Position numbers and translations under genes: made by a program. Below are positions 27,318-37,591 of a stretch of 64,000 nucleotides of DNA, in pieces. The notes beneath the pieces are model-generated. The model was not told the DNA's origin. It saw only the letters and a program-made list of their open reading frames with translations, and did not search any database. Position 1 is the stretch's first letter. Each line of letters starts with the position of its first letter. This DNA is from a bacterium (lineage in GTDB: Bacteria; Sysuimicrobiota; Sysuimicrobiia; Sysuimicrobiales; Segetimicrobiaceae), in contig DASSXJ010000113.1 in the NCBI GenBank assembly GCA_035703895.1, forward strand, positions 4,159 through 68,158, in the 5' to 3' direction.

Positions 27318-27989
27318 ATGAGCCACCAGCATCCTCGCGTGCTGCTCGATCACGTCCTGGTCGCGGTCCCGGACCTGGCCGAGGGCGCCCGCCGGTTCGA
27401 AGAGCGGTACGGGCTTCGCGCTCTGGAGGGAGGGCGACATCCCGGAATCGGGACGGCAAACATGATCGTCCCCCTCGGATCGTCCTATCTAGAGCTCATC
27501 GCGGTCGTTGACCCTGAAGAGGCCAGCCGGACGCCTACCAGGGGCCGCATCACCCGGGCGCTCTCCGAGGGCCGGACGTTCGCCACGTGGGCGGTCCGCA
27601 CCGACAACCTCGACGCGCTGCGCGCGCACCTCAAGGAGGCGGGAGTGAAGCTGTCGGAGCCGACCCCTGGGGCACGAAAGCGTCCGGATGGCGTGATCCT
27701 TCGCTGGCGCACACAGTTCCTGGCGGCGGAGGAACCAAGCGCGCTGCCATTCGTCATCGAGTGGTCGGTACCGCCCGGGATGCATCCTGCCGAAGCCCCG
27801 GTCGACCACCCGTCGAAAGCCCGAGGCATCCGCGCAGTGCGATTGGGGGATCCCGACCCGGCCGGCACCTCCGTGCGGATTCGATCACTGCTGGGGAACG
27901 ACATTCACTTCGAGGTTGAACGAGCCGGCACCGGCGGGGTCCTGGCCGTGGAGATCGACACGCCCGGCGGTGTCACGGTGATCCGCTAG
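27318..27989 (+). CDS. VOC (glyoxalase/bleomycin-resistance/dioxygenase) family protein
   Basis: LDHVLVAVPDLAEGARRFEERYGL...HPGIGTANMIVPLGSSYLELIAV resembles a glyoxalase-like betaalphabetabetabeta module, followed by a second half-domain. Start taken at the internal ATG (MSHQHPRVLL). The ORF could begin at 27258. Confidence 0.65.
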   Translation: MSHQHPRVLLDHVLVAVPDLAEGARRFEERYGLRALEGGRHPGIGTANMIVPLGSSYLELIAVVDPEEASRTPTRGRITRALSEGRTFATWAVRTDNLDALRAHLKEAGVKLSEPTPGARKRPDGVILRWRTQFLAAEEPSALPFVIEWSVPPGMHPAEAPVDHPSKARGIRAVRLGDPDPAGTSVRIRSLLGNDIHFEVERAGTGGVLAVEIDTPGGVTVIR

Positions 27990-29160
27990 CGATGCCGTCT
28001 CTGACCACTCTCCCTCCCTGCATCACGAGCGAGACCCGATGCAGCGCAGCGATGTCCTCGGTGGGATCGCCTTTTACCGCGACAAGGTCGGCCAGCGTGC
28101 CCCTGCCGACGGCCCCAAACCGGTCCGGCATCCCAATGGCCGTGGCTCCGTGAGCGGTCGCCGCGACCAAGGCATCTGCAGGACTCATGCCGCAGGCAAC
28201 CATATATTCCAGTTCCCGGGGGAGCGATTCAAAATCCCCCAGGCCAAAGAAGAGATCGGTCCCGGCCGCGATCGTCACGCCGGCGGCCATCGCGATCTGG
28301 AAACTCTCCACGTGACGCTTGGCGCGCACGGGGATCGACCGCATCATGGGCACCGCCTTGAATTCCTCCCATCGGTCCATGATGAGTTTTGACACCAGGA
28401 GCGTGGGCACAAGTACGACCCCTTGACCAGCCATCTCCCGCGCCGTCTGCTCATCCAGGTCGCATCCATGCTCGACCGTATCGACACCGGCCCGCAGAGC
28501 CATTCGAGTCGAATCTAGGATCGAGGCGTGGCAGGCCACGCGCCTCCCCAGGCGGTGCGCCTCGTCAACCAGGGCATTCAACTCCTCCTGGGTGAATTCG
28601 ACAACGTTCAGGGGACCGTTGGTCGTCACCTTGATGAAGTCGGCGCCCGCCTTCACCTGTTCGCGCACCGCCTTGCGGCAGTCGTCGGCCCCATCGGCCT
28701 CGCGGGCCATCCCCGGGAGGGCCGGGGGCTCGGACCCGTGACCCCCTGTCATGCAGAGAATGCGACCGCAGGGCACGACCCGAGAGCCGGAGATGTCCCC
28801 CCGGACCACCGCGTCGCGCACGGCGATCGCGACCCCATCCGTCGTCCCGACATCGCGCAGCGTCGTGATGCCTGCCGCCTGCGCAGCGCGTGCGTTGCGC
28901 GCGGCCCGCAGCGCAATGGAGGCGGGACTGGTCTCGAATCCCCGCGACCCCCAGCCCAGGTGGACGTGCAGATCAACGAGGCCGGGCAGCAGGGTGCACC
29001 CGGTGAGGTCCACGACTCGGGCCGACCCTGGATCGCCGACCGTTGCGGATGGGACCACATCGGCGATGCGGTCCCCCTCGACGACCACGGCGACCCCCGC
29101 CAGGGCTCGCCTGGCGGTAACGTCGAAGACCTTCGCGCCGCGCAGGATGATCCGACTCAT
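27973..29160 (-). CDS. amidohydrolase family protein (metal-dependent hydrolase, imidazolonepropionase/dipeptidase-like)
   Basis: The HxH metal motif in LPGLVDLHVHLGWG and distal His/Asp residues (e.g. ...ACHASILD..., ...GTDLFFG...) are typical of Amidohydro_1. Last gene of an ABC-importer operon. Confidence 0.85.
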   Translation of the reverse strand: MSRIILRGAKVFDVTARRALAGVAVVVEGDRIADVVPSATVGDPGSARVVDLTGCTLLPGLVDLHVHLGWGSRGFETSPASIALRAARNARAAQAAGITTLRDVGTTDGVAIAVRDAVVRGDISGSRVVPCGRILCMTGGHGSEPPALPGMAREADGADDCRKAVREQVKAGADFIKVTTNGPLNVVEFTQEELNALVDEAHRLGRRVACHASILDSTRMALRAGVDTVEHGCDLDEQTAREMAGQGVVLVPTLLVSKLIMDRWEEFKAVPMMRSIPVRAKRHVESFQIAMAAGVTIAAGTDLFFGLGDFESLPRELEYMVACGMSPADALVAATAHGATAIGMPDRFGAVGRGTLADLVAVKGDPTEDIAALHRVSLVMQGGRVVRDGIASGSP

Positions 29161-29175
29161 GACCCGCCTCCTTCG

Positions 29176-30072
29176 CTAGATCTGCAGCTTCGGGTCGAAG
29201 GCATCCCGCAACCCGTCACCGAGGAGATTGAACGCCATCACCGCCAGGAACACGCACAGGCCGGGAAAGAGCGACACCCACCAGGCGATGCCGAGATACG
29301 CCCGGCCGTCGGCGATGATGTTCCCCCAGCTCGGCCGCGGAGGCTGCACGCCCAGGCCCAGAAAGCTCAATCCGGCCTCGGTCAGGATGGCCAGCCCGAT
29401 ACGGAGCGTCGCCGAGATGACGATCACCGGCACGACGTTCGGCAGGATGTGCCTGATAATGATCCGCGCGTTGGATGCCCCGGTGGCGTGGGCCGCCGCC
29501 ACGAAATCGCGCGCGCGCAAGGTGAGGAACTCCGCCCGCACGAGACGGGCCGTCGGAGGCCACGCCGTGAGCCCGATGATCCAGATCAATCCGGGAATGC
29601 TCGGCCCAAACAGCGCGAGAAACGCCACGGTCAGGAAAAAGACCGGGATCGCGATGACCATGTCCGTCAGCCGCATCAGCAGTCCGTCGAGGTGGCCGCC
29701 GAAGAACCCCGCCAGCGCTCCCATGAAGGTCCCAAGCACGATCGAGACCAGCATCGACAGCACCCCGATCGCCAGCGAGACGCGCGAGGCGATGATGATC
29801 CGGCTCAGGATGTCCCGCCCCAGCTGATCCGCCCCGAGGAGGTAGGGGGCCCCCGGAGGGTGGAGGACATCCGGGATATGGGGCTGATCTGGGGGAAACG
29901 GCGCCAGGCGCGGCGCGGCAACCGCGACGACGACAAAGAAGAGCATCAGCCCGGCGCCGAGGATCGCCCGCGGATTGCGGAGGAACCGCTGCCAGGGCCC
30001 CCGGCGCCGGCCCGCGGCCCGCACCGGAAGGGACGGCGCGAGAGCGTCCAGGCCCGCTGAGCGGCTAGCCAT
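29176..30072 (-). CDS. ABC transporter permease (DppC/OppC-like)
   Basis: LGADQLGRDILSRIIIASRVSL motif and C-terminal GDGLRDAFDPKLQI. Overlaps the upstream permease by 8 nt. Confidence 0.85.
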   Translation of the reverse strand: MASRSAGLDALAPSLPVRAAGRRRGPWQRFLRNPRAILGAGLMLFFVVVAVAAPRLAPFPPDQPHIPDVLHPPGAPYLLGADQLGRDILSRIIIASRVSLAIGVLSMLVSIVLGTFMGALAGFFGGHLDGLLMRLTDMVIAIPVFFLTVAFLALFGPSIPGLIWIIGLTAWPPTARLVRAEFLTLRARDFVAAAHATGASNARIIIRHILPNVVPVIVISATLRIGLAILTEAGLSFLGLGVQPPRPSWGNIIADGRAYLGIAWWVSLFPGLCVFLAVMAFNLLGDGLRDAFDPKLQI

Positions 30073-31018
30073 GCCGGATGCGGGGATCCAGGTAGAAATA
30101 GCCGATGTCGGCCAGCAGGTTGCTCAGCACCACGAGCATCCCGGCGATGGTCGTCGTCGTCAGTACGGTCGGATAGTCGCGGGACAGCGCGGAGTTTACC
30201 GCAAGCTGCCCAACCCCGGGGAGCGCAAAGACGGTCTCGATCACGACCGAGCCGCTCAACAGAAAGGGGACGAGCAGCGCCAGGATCGTCACCACCGGGA
30301 CGAGAGAGTTCCGCGCGACGTGCCGCAGCATGACGGCGCGCTCCCGGAGGCCCTTGCTGCGGGCCACCCGGATGTAGTCCTGGTCCAACGTCTCCAGCAG
30401 CGAGGACCGCGCATAGCGGACCAGCACCGGCAGGATGCCGAGCGCCTGCACGACGGTGGGCATGACGAGGTACGGCCAGATGACGAAGAGATCGTACCCC
30501 GAGGTACCCGCGGGGCGGAGGCCGCTGGCCGGCAACACTCCGAGCCGCTCGGTGAACACGAAGATCAGCCCCAGCCCGAACCAGAACGTCGGGAGCGAAA
30601 TGCCCAGCAAGGAGAACAGTGTCGCGCCGTGGTCCACGAGGCTGTACGGGCGCCGCGCGGATAGAAAGGCGATCGGCGCCGCCAGGAGGACCGTCATCAC
30701 GATCGACGTCGCGGTCAAGATCAGCGTCGCGGGGAGCGCCTCGGTGACCCGCTGGATTGTCGGTCGCCGGTCGCTGAATGCACGGAGCCGGCCGGTGAGC
30801 AGGTCCCGCATCATGGAGATGTACTGGACGGGGAGCGGGCGATCCAGTCCGAGCTGGTGGCGCATCTCGGCGAGGTCGGCCTGCCCCCGCTGCTCAGGCG
30901 GGATGAGAAACGTCACCGGGTCCCCCGGCGCCAGCACCAGCAGCGCAAACACGATCCCCGTGACTCCGAGCACGAGCGGGACCAGGGCGATCACGCGCCG
31001 GGCGAGATACGCACCCAC
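30065..31018 (-). CDS. ABC transporter permease (DppB/OppB-like)
   Basis: Starts MGAYLARRVIALVPLVLGVTGIVFALLVLAPGDP and ends ...YLDPRIRHG. Confidence 0.85.
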   Translation of the reverse strand: MGAYLARRVIALVPLVLGVTGIVFALLVLAPGDPVTFLIPPEQRGQADLAEMRHQLGLDRPLPVQYISMMRDLLTGRLRAFSDRRPTIQRVTEALPATLILTATSIVMTVLLAAPIAFLSARRPYSLVDHGATLFSLLGISLPTFWFGLGLIFVFTERLGVLPASGLRPAGTSGYDLFVIWPYLVMPTVVQALGILPVLVRYARSSLLETLDQDYIRVARSKGLRERAVMLRHVARNSLVPVVTILALLVPFLLSGSVVIETVFALPGVGQLAVNSALSRDYPTVLTTTTIAGMLVVLSNLLADIGYFYLDPRIRHG

Positions 31019-31031
31019 CCCGGAAACTATC

Positions 31032-32630
31032 TCACCGGCTCCGCCACGTGGGGATGGAACTGAAAAACGCGAACAGCGAGTTGACGCCCCCGGGCAGCGT
31101 CAGCGTCTTTTTCACTCCCCAGATGACGTCCGGCCGCACCGTCATCACCCGCGGGACGTCCCGCAGCACCAGCTCCTGGATCTGATCGTAGAGCGCTTTC
31201 TGCCGCGTCCGGTCGCGGGTGGCATTGGCCTCATCGAGAAGCCGGTCCATCTCCGGATTATTGTACCCGCTGATCTGCGCGACGGACCCGGTGCTCTTGA
31301 AGCCCGTCTCCAGTTCGCTCTGCGGCGGGAAGAGGAGGTTGAACCAGGCGATGCCCACGAGCTCGATTGGAGCGCCCGGGACGAAGTAGCGGCCGAAGAA
31401 GTCGCCCCGCTCGATGGCCTGCACGTCGATCTCAATGCCGACCGCCCGGAGGTACTGCTGGATCAGCAGCGCCTGATTCTGAAAATCCTTGCCGGCGAGA
31501 AACGCGTACTTGACTTTGAAGCGCTGCCCCCCCTTCTGGAGGATGCCGTCCGGTCCCGGCGTCCATCCGGCTTCCGCGAGCAGCTGTTTCGCCTTCGCCG
31601 GGTCGTACGTGTAGCCTTTGAGCTGTTTATCGTATTGCCACAGGCTTGGATGAATCGGGCTCTGGACCGTCGTCCCCAGCCCCCGATACAGCGCCCTGAG
31701 CATCTCGTCGCGATTGACCGCATAGGCCATGGCCTGCCGCGCCCGCGGGTCCTGAAAGACCGGCAATTTCACGTTCATGGTAAACCAGTAGTTCGTGTCC
31801 CCCGGCATGCGCAGCACGCGCACACGAGGGTCGGTCCGGAAGCTGTCATAGGCTTCAGGAATGATGCGGCCGGCATCGATGTTCCCGGCGCGCAACTCGG
31901 CGATCACCGTCGCATCCTCGGGAATGAGCTTCAGCACGACGCGCTTCAGGGTCGGAACGCCTCCCCAGTAGTCGGGGGACGCCTCGAAGGTCATGCTTTC
32001 CTTCTCACGCCACTCCACCAAGCGGTAGGGGCCGGCCCCGATCGGCTTTCGCACGAACGGCGCCTCTTGCAGACGGGCGACGTCAAGATTGAGGAGCGCG
32101 TGTTCGGGAATGATCGGCGCCGTCCCGATCTGCTCGTAGAAGTACGGGTACGGCCGGTTGAGGATGAACCGGATCGCGCGTGGTGTCAGCACGGTGATGC
32201 CGCTCACCGATGCGGCCTTGCCGGCCTTGTATTCTTGCGCACCCGCGATCTCCAGGAGGGCGGGTGACGTTGTCGGATACTTGGCGTGCAGGTAGAGCTC
32301 GTAGGTGAATTTGACGTCCCGGGCCGTGACCGGGGTGCCGTCCTGGAATTTGGCCGCCCGGAGCGTCATCACGTAGGTCTTGCCGTCGGGGGAGGCCGGG
32401 TATTTCTCGGCCAGGTGCCCGGAGACATTCCCCTGACCGTCCACGGCCGTCAGCGAGTCGTTGAGCAAGAGACTGACATAGGACGTCACCGCTTCGGTGC
32501 TGCCCAAAATGCGGATCGGGAGCCCCCAAATGGAGACGATGGCCTGCGAGGTGCCTTGGCCGAGCGCGGGAACCCTCGCCCCGCACGCCACCACGAGCGC
32601 TAACAGCAGAACACCGATCCGTTTGCTCAT
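31032..32630 (-). CDS. ABC transporter substrate-binding protein, family 5 (peptide/nickel/opine type)
   Basis: Start at ATG 32630 (MSKRIGVLLLALVVACGARVPALGQG, a signal peptide). The longer ORF to 32969 is Arg/Pro-rich and unlikely. SBP_bac_5-like length and segments. Confidence 0.85.
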   Translation of the reverse strand: MSKRIGVLLLALVVACGARVPALGQGTSQAIVSIWGLPIRILGSTEAVTSYVSLLLNDSLTAVDGQGNVSGHLAEKYPASPDGKTYVMTLRAAKFQDGTPVTARDVKFTYELYLHAKYPTTSPALLEIAGAQEYKAGKAASVSGITVLTPRAIRFILNRPYPYFYEQIGTAPIIPEHALLNLDVARLQEAPFVRKPIGAGPYRLVEWREKESMTFEASPDYWGGVPTLKRVVLKLIPEDATVIAELRAGNIDAGRIIPEAYDSFRTDPRVRVLRMPGDTNYWFTMNVKLPVFQDPRARQAMAYAVNRDEMLRALYRGLGTTVQSPIHPSLWQYDKQLKGYTYDPAKAKQLLAEAGWTPGPDGILQKGGQRFKVKYAFLAGKDFQNQALLIQQYLRAVGIEIDVQAIERGDFFGRYFVPGAPIELVGIAWFNLLFPPQSELETGFKSTGSVAQISGYNNPEMDRLLDEANATRDRTRQKALYDQIQELVLRDVPRVMTVRPDVIWGVKKTLTLPGGVNSLFAFFSSIPTWRSR

Positions 32631-32694
32631 CGAAGTCCCCCTTCTCGCTCGAGCCGGTGTCGCCCCTTCACAGCTCGGGCCTGTACCTTCCTCG

Positions 32695-33102
32695 TCACGT
32701 TTTGAAGACCCCGCGTCCGATGGCCACGAGCGTGCCGTCTTCGCCCACCACCTCGATGTCGGCAACCGCAAGAGACCGCCCGGATTTGACCGCGCGGGCG
32801 GTCGCGGTGAGGGCGCCTTGTGGCGCCGGGCGCAGGTAGTCCACGCGCAGGTCGACCGTGGGGACATCGTACCCCACAGCGGCAATGATCGCGAAGTCAC
32901 CGGCGGTATCGATGAGGGTGGCGATTGCCCCCCCGTGGACATACCGGCCCGTCTCGTCGTCTCCCGCAAACAGGTCCTCTCGGAACGGCATGCGGACGAC
33001 GACCTCGCTGGGGCTCGCCCGCACCATCTCCAGCCCCAGCAACCGATGGAAGGGCGACCGGCGAAGGACGTCCGCGAGGGTCTCGAGCGGCAGGCGTGAC
33101 AC
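32695..33102 (-). CDS. PaaI-family (hotdog-fold) thioesterase
   Basis: The ...YVHGGAIATLIDTAGDFAI... motif is typical of 4HBT/PaaI thioesterases. 135 aa. Confidence 0.8.
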   Translation of the reverse strand: MSRLPLETLADVLRRSPFHRLLGLEMVRASPSEVVVRMPFREDLFAGDDETGRYVHGGAIATLIDTAGDFAIIAAVGYDVPTVDLRVDYLRPAPQGALTATARAVKSGRSLAVADIEVVGEDGTLVAIGRGVFKT

Positions 33103-34664
33103 TACCCCCCTCCCCTCAGCACGCCGACCATCTCTTTCGCACGCTTCCGCAGCGCCAGACGGTCGACCTTGCCTGTACTCCCGAGCGGCACAGCCTCGAG
33201 GAAGAAGACCCGCCGGGGATGCGCATAGGCCGGGCCGCGCCCCAGAAAAAACTGCGTGAGTTCTTCATCCGTCGCTGCCTGCCCGTCGTGGAGCACCACG
33301 AACGCCACGGGGGCCTCGCCCTTTACGACGTGCGGCACGGAGACCACAATGGCCTCCCGGACCGCCGGGTGCCGGAGGAGCGTATCCTCGATCTCCTTGG
33401 GGTACACGTTTTCTCCCCCGACGTTGATCATGTCGTCCGTCCGGCCGAGGATGTAGTAGTAGCCGTCTTCATCGCACCGCACGAGGTCCCCGGTGTGCAG
33501 CCATCCCTCGCCGTCGAATTTGTTCGCGGTGATCTCCGGCGCCTTATAGTATCCCTTGGCCAGTCCGGGGTTCCGGACCCAGAGCTCGCCCGCCTCCCCG
33601 GTCTGAGCCTCCCGGCCGCCGGGCGTCACCACCCGCACCTCACAGCCCGGGAGCGGCAGCCCCGTGCTCCCTGTTTTTCGGGGACCGAAGCGGGGGCTTT
33701 CGAAGACCACCGGACCGCCTTCGGTCAACCCGTAGCCCTCGCTGATCCCTGCGTGAAACGTCGCCTGAAACTCGTGCAGCAAGTCCGGCGGCACCATCGC
33801 CGATCCGCACGCCGCCCAGCGCACCGAGCTCACGTCGTACTCCAACAGGAGCTGCTTTTGGTTGAGGATCATGCGAAACATCGCCGGCACGCCCGTGAGG
33901 TAGGTGCACCGGTGGCGGGCGATCGCCTTGATCACCTCGCCGGCATCGAACCCGGGCAAGATGACCAGCGCTCCCCCGGCCATCAGGAGCGGCTTCACCG
34001 CGGCCGCCATGGCATTCTTGTGGTACAGGGGCACGGCGACGAGGCCCCGGTCGGTCTCGTCGAGCATCATGACGTGCCGCACCATGTCCGCGTTCCAGAA
34101 CTGCCCTCCGTGCGTCAGCAGCACGCCTTTCGGTCTCCCCGTCGATCCTGAGGTATAGGGCTGCATGCAGAGATCGTCACCCCTGACCGGAACCGTCTCG
34201 AATTCCGGTGGAGCCGCCTCGAGCAGCCGCTCGTACGAAAACATTCCCGAAGGCGTCGCTCCCGTCACCACGATCGTGCGGAGGGCCGGGACGTCTGCCT
34301 TGAGCCGCGCGGCCTGATCCCGTAGCGTCCGCGACGCGAACAGCACCTCGGCGTCCGAGTGCTCGACGCAGTACCGGAGGGTGTCGTAGCCCAGCCGGAT
34401 GTTGAGGGGGACCGGCACCGCGCCGGCACGCATGCTGCCGAAGCAGAGCTCGATGAACGGCCACTCGTTCGGGAAGAGGAGGGCCACGCGCTGCCCCTTG
34501 TGGACGTCCAGGCCCCGGAGCAGGCGGCCGACGCGCTTCATCCGCGCATCGAGCTCGCCGTAGGTCAGCGTGACGTCGCCCTGGATGACGGCCGGCCGCT
34601 CAGGAAAGGCCCGCATCGGGATGTGGGCGAGGTCACCGAAGTTGCCCGAAGGCGCCGGCATCAC
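33102..34664 (-). CDS. AMP-dependent acyl-CoA synthetase/ligase
   Basis: AMP-binding box-like (YTSGSTGRPKGV) and later TGDL...DGYYYILGRTDDMINVGGENVYPKEIE. Classic ANL-superfamily layout. Confidence 0.9.
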   Translation of the reverse strand: MMPAPSGNFGDLAHIPMRAFPERPAVIQGDVTLTYGELDARMKRVGRLLRGLDVHKGQRVALLFPNEWPFIELCFGSMRAGAVPVPLNIRLGYDTLRYCVEHSDAEVLFASRTLRDQAARLKADVPALRTIVVTGATPSGMFSYERLLEAAPPEFETVPVRGDDLCMQPYTSGSTGRPKGVLLTHGGQFWNADMVRHVMMLDETDRGLVAVPLYHKNAMAAAVKPLLMAGGALVILPGFDAGEVIKAIARHRCTYLTGVPAMFRMILNQKQLLLEYDVSSVRWAACGSAMVPPDLLHEFQATFHAGISEGYGLTEGGPVVFESPRFGPRKTGSTGLPLPGCEVRVVTPGGREAQTGEAGELWVRNPGLAKGYYKAPEITANKFDGEGWLHTGDLVRCDEDGYYYILGRTDDMINVGGENVYPKEIEDTLLRHPAVREAIVVSVPHVVKGEAPVAFVVLHDGQAATDEELTQFFLGRGPAYAHPRRVFFLEAVPLGSTGKVDRLALRKRAKEMVGVLRGGG

Positions 34665-34665
34665 C

Positions 34666-35652
34666 CTACTCCTGGGGACGGATGATGACCTTGCCGAAGA
34701 CTTCGCGGTCCTCGAGGAGTCGCTCGCCTTCGGCGGTCTGTGCCAGCGGCAGCACCCGATCGATCACGGGCCGGATCCGCCCGGCGCCCGTCGCGTCCAG
34801 CAACGCCAGCAGATCCGGCCGGCTCCAGCCGTCTGAGCCGAGGATGGTGAGTTCCCGGACCCAAATGTACCGGATGTCGGTCCTGGCGTCGAACCCGGTG
34901 GTCGCTCCGCAGGTGAGGAGGCGCCCTCCTTTGCGGAGGCTCCGCAGGCTCCGCGCCCAGGTCTCGGCGCCGGTGTAGTCGACCACCACATCCACTCCAC
35001 GCTTGGTCGTGAGCCGCCACACCTCGCGGTCGAACTCCCCGTCCCCCGAGTTGATCAGGTGATCGGCGCCGAGCGCCCGCAGCCTCGCAAGCTTGTCCTC
35101 CGTCGAGGCCGCGGCGTACACGATACAGCCGGCCATTTTCGCGATCTGCACGCACGCCGTGCCCACGCCACCAGAGGCTCCCAGGATCAAGACATGCTCC
35201 CCGGGGCCGATCCGGCCCCGCGTGCGCAACATCCGCCAGGCCGTCCCGTAGGCGATCGGCAGGGCCGCCGCCTGATCAAACGCCAGGATGTCAGGAAGGG
35301 GGATAAGGTTTGCCGCCGGCACGAGCGCGTATTCAGCCAGTCCGCCCGGGGCGTCCTCTCCGATGGCGCCGTGCTCGATCGCCGGGTCGACCAGTACCCG
35401 CGTTCCGACGGCGAGCCCCGGCGCCTCCGGGCCGATCTCCGCGATCACGCCCGCGATGTCGCCCCCGCTGACAAACGGCAACGGCGTCCGCTTGCCCGGC
35501 ATACCGCGCCGGACGAAGATGTCAAGGTGGTTGAGGCTGCAGGCGTGGACGCGGACCACCGCCTGGCCTGCCTCGGCGCGCGGGGTGGGCCAGTCCTGCT
35601 CCAACGTAAGCTTGTCGCGTCCGCCGTGCTCGTGGATCACGATCGCCCGCAT
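34666..35652 (-). CDS. zinc-binding/quinone-type medium-chain dehydrogenase/reductase (MDR family)
   Basis: GHE-like N-terminal catalytic domain and a Rossmann motif LILGASGGVGTACVQIAKMAG. Confidence 0.85.
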   Translation of the reverse strand: MRAIVIHEHGGRDKLTLEQDWPTPRAEAGQAVVRVHACSLNHLDIFVRRGMPGKRTPLPFVSGGDIAGVIAEIGPEAPGLAVGTRVLVDPAIEHGAIGEDAPGGLAEYALVPAANLIPLPDILAFDQAAALPIAYGTAWRMLRTRGRIGPGEHVLILGASGGVGTACVQIAKMAGCIVYAAASTEDKLARLRALGADHLINSGDGEFDREVWRLTTKRGVDVVVDYTGAETWARSLRSLRKGGRLLTCGATTGFDARTDIRYIWVRELTILGSDGWSRPDLLALLDATGAGRIRPVIDRVLPLAQTAEGERLLEDREVFGKVIIRPQE

Positions 35653-35703
35653 GACGGCCTCTTTTCTGGATCCCCTCGGGTTCTCCTCGTCGCGCCGCGG
35701 CGG

Positions 35704-36537
35704 CTAGGCCCGCACGCGGATCCTCGGATCGAGCGCGTCGCGGATGCCGTCTCCCGCGAAGTTCAGGGCGATGACGGTGAGAAAGATCGCGAGTCCCGGG
35801 AACGTCGCCACCCACCATTGCGCGAGAAGCTCCCGGCCGGCGCTGACCATCGCCCCCCACTCCGGCGTCGGCGGCGTCGCACCGAGGCCGAGAAAACTCA
35901 AACCGGCGCCGGTGACGATCGCCGCGCCAAGATCGATTGTGGCAAGGACCACCATCCCAGGCAGGATGCTCGGCAAGATCGCGCGGCGGAAGATGCCCCA
36001 CGGGGTGTGCCCGATCGCGGTGGCCGCCTCCACGTACTCAAGAGTCCGGACCGCCAGCACTTCGCCCCGCGCCAGACGCGCGTAGGGGGGCCACCACACC
36101 AGGACCATCGCGAGCCCCGCATTGACCAGGCCGGGCCCGAGCGCGACGACGATCGCCATCGCCAGGATGATTGCCGGAAACGCCATGACGAGCTCCGTCA
36201 CCCGCATCACCGCCTCGTCGACCCATCCGCCGAAGAACCCGGAGAGCGCGCCGGTGAACATGCCGGCCACACCGGCCAGCGCCACGACCGAAAACGCGAG
36301 GGTCAGCGTATAGCGCCCACCGTACAGGACGCGGACTGAGACTTCGCGCCCGAGATCATCGGTGCCGAACGGATGGCCCACCGAGGGCGGCTGAAACGCC
36401 GCCTCGAGGCGTTGCTCGTCCGGTCCGTGGGGCGCCAGGATCGGCGCGGCTATTGCCGCCCCTACTCCGAGGCCGACGATCACGCCGCCGAGGATCAACC
36501 CGACCGGCCGGCGCCGGCGCCGGGGGCGCTCAATCAA
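35704..36537 (-). CDS. ABC transporter permease (DppC/OppC-like)
   Basis: FGTDDLGREVSVRVLYGGRYTL motif and C-terminal GDGIRDALDPRIR. Overlaps the upstream permease by 8 nt. Confidence 0.85.
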   Translation of the reverse strand: MIERPRRRRRPVGLILGGVIVGLGVGAAIAAPILAPHGPDEQRLEAAFQPPSVGHPFGTDDLGREVSVRVLYGGRYTLTLAFSVVALAGVAGMFTGALSGFFGGWVDEAVMRVTELVMAFPAIILAMAIVVALGPGLVNAGLAMVLVWWPPYARLARGEVLAVRTLEYVEAATAIGHTPWGIFRRAILPSILPGMVVLATIDLGAAIVTGAGLSFLGLGATPPTPEWGAMVSAGRELLAQWWVATFPGLAIFLTVIALNFAGDGIRDALDPRIRVRA

Positions 36538-37549
36538 ACCGCACCCGAGGATTCACCAGGACGTAGAGAACATCGACGCAGAGGTTGACCATCACGTAGA
36601 TGACGCCGATAACGAGGGCCACGCCCATCACCGCGGGAAAGTCGAGGCTGGCCGCCGAGGAAAATGCATACCGTCCCATCCCGGGCCACGAAAAGATGGT
36701 TTCGGTCAACACCGTCCCCGACATGAGCTGGGCGTAGAGCGTGCCCCCGATGGTGATCACCGGGATGAGGGCGTTCCGAAGCGCATGACGAAGAACCACA
36801 CTCCACCGCGCCAGGCCCTTGGCCCGCGCCGTCCGAACGTAATCCTGTGTGAGGACCTCCAGCATGCTCGCCCGCGTGATCCGCGTGACAAAGCCAATGC
36901 CGACGGTGGCCAGCACTGTCGCGGGCAACACCATGTGGCTGAGCGCGTCGGCAAAGAGATCGGGTCGCCCGCGCAACAGGGTATCCACGAGATACATGCC
37001 GGTCACCGGTTCGGGAGGGATCAGACCCGCCGTGAGGCGCCCCGGCGCGGGTGCCCATCCAAGGCGGAAGTACACCGTGGAGACGAGGAGAATCGCAAAC
37101 CAGAACGTGGGAATGGCCACCCCCACCGCGGACAGACCGCGCGTGGCCGCGTCGACCGCAGAGTTTCGGGTGGCCGCCGCGAGCACGCCCATCGCGATGC
37201 CCGCGCCGAGCGCGGCGAGCAGCGCCAAGGTCGCAAGCTCCACCGTCGCCGGGAGCGAGAGTGCCAGTTCAGACAGCACGGGACGGTTCGTCGCAATCGA
37301 CATGCCGAGATCGCCATGGAGCAGATGCCTGACATAGATCATGTACTGAACCGCCACCGGCCGGTCGAGGCCCCAGCGGTGGCGGAAGGCGGCGACGAGC
37401 GCGGGACTCTGGGTGGCCCGGTCCCCCAGGCTGGTCAAGACGAGATCCGCCGGAAGCAGGTGGGAGACGAGGAAGGTCACGCACGTGATGCCGACGAGGG
37501 TCGGCAGCGCAAGGATCACCCGGCGGATCAGATAGCGGCCCATCACCAT
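36530..37549 (-). CDS. ABC transporter permease (DppB/OppB-like)
   Basis: MVMGRYLIRRVILALPTLVGITCVTFLVSHLLP... ends ...LVNPRVRFD. Confidence 0.85.
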   Translation of the reverse strand: MVMGRYLIRRVILALPTLVGITCVTFLVSHLLPADLVLTSLGDRATQSPALVAAFRHRWGLDRPVAVQYMIYVRHLLHGDLGMSIATNRPVLSELALSLPATVELATLALLAALGAGIAMGVLAAATRNSAVDAATRGLSAVGVAIPTFWFAILLVSTVYFRLGWAPAPGRLTAGLIPPEPVTGMYLVDTLLRGRPDLFADALSHMVLPATVLATVGIGFVTRITRASMLEVLTQDYVRTARAKGLARWSVVLRHALRNALIPVITIGGTLYAQLMSGTVLTETIFSWPGMGRYAFSSAASLDFPAVMGVALVIGVIYVMVNLCVDVLYVLVNPRVRFD

Positions 37550-37591
37550 ACCGGGAGGGGACCCGGCGAGCGCAGGTCCCCTTCCCCGCTC

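Noticed and set aside
28915-28950. tRNA T-arm-like string GGTCTCGAATCCCC
   Set aside because: It lies inside the well-supported amidohydrolase CDS. No acceptor stem or CCA context and no cloverleaf partner segments are evident. Judged a chance match.
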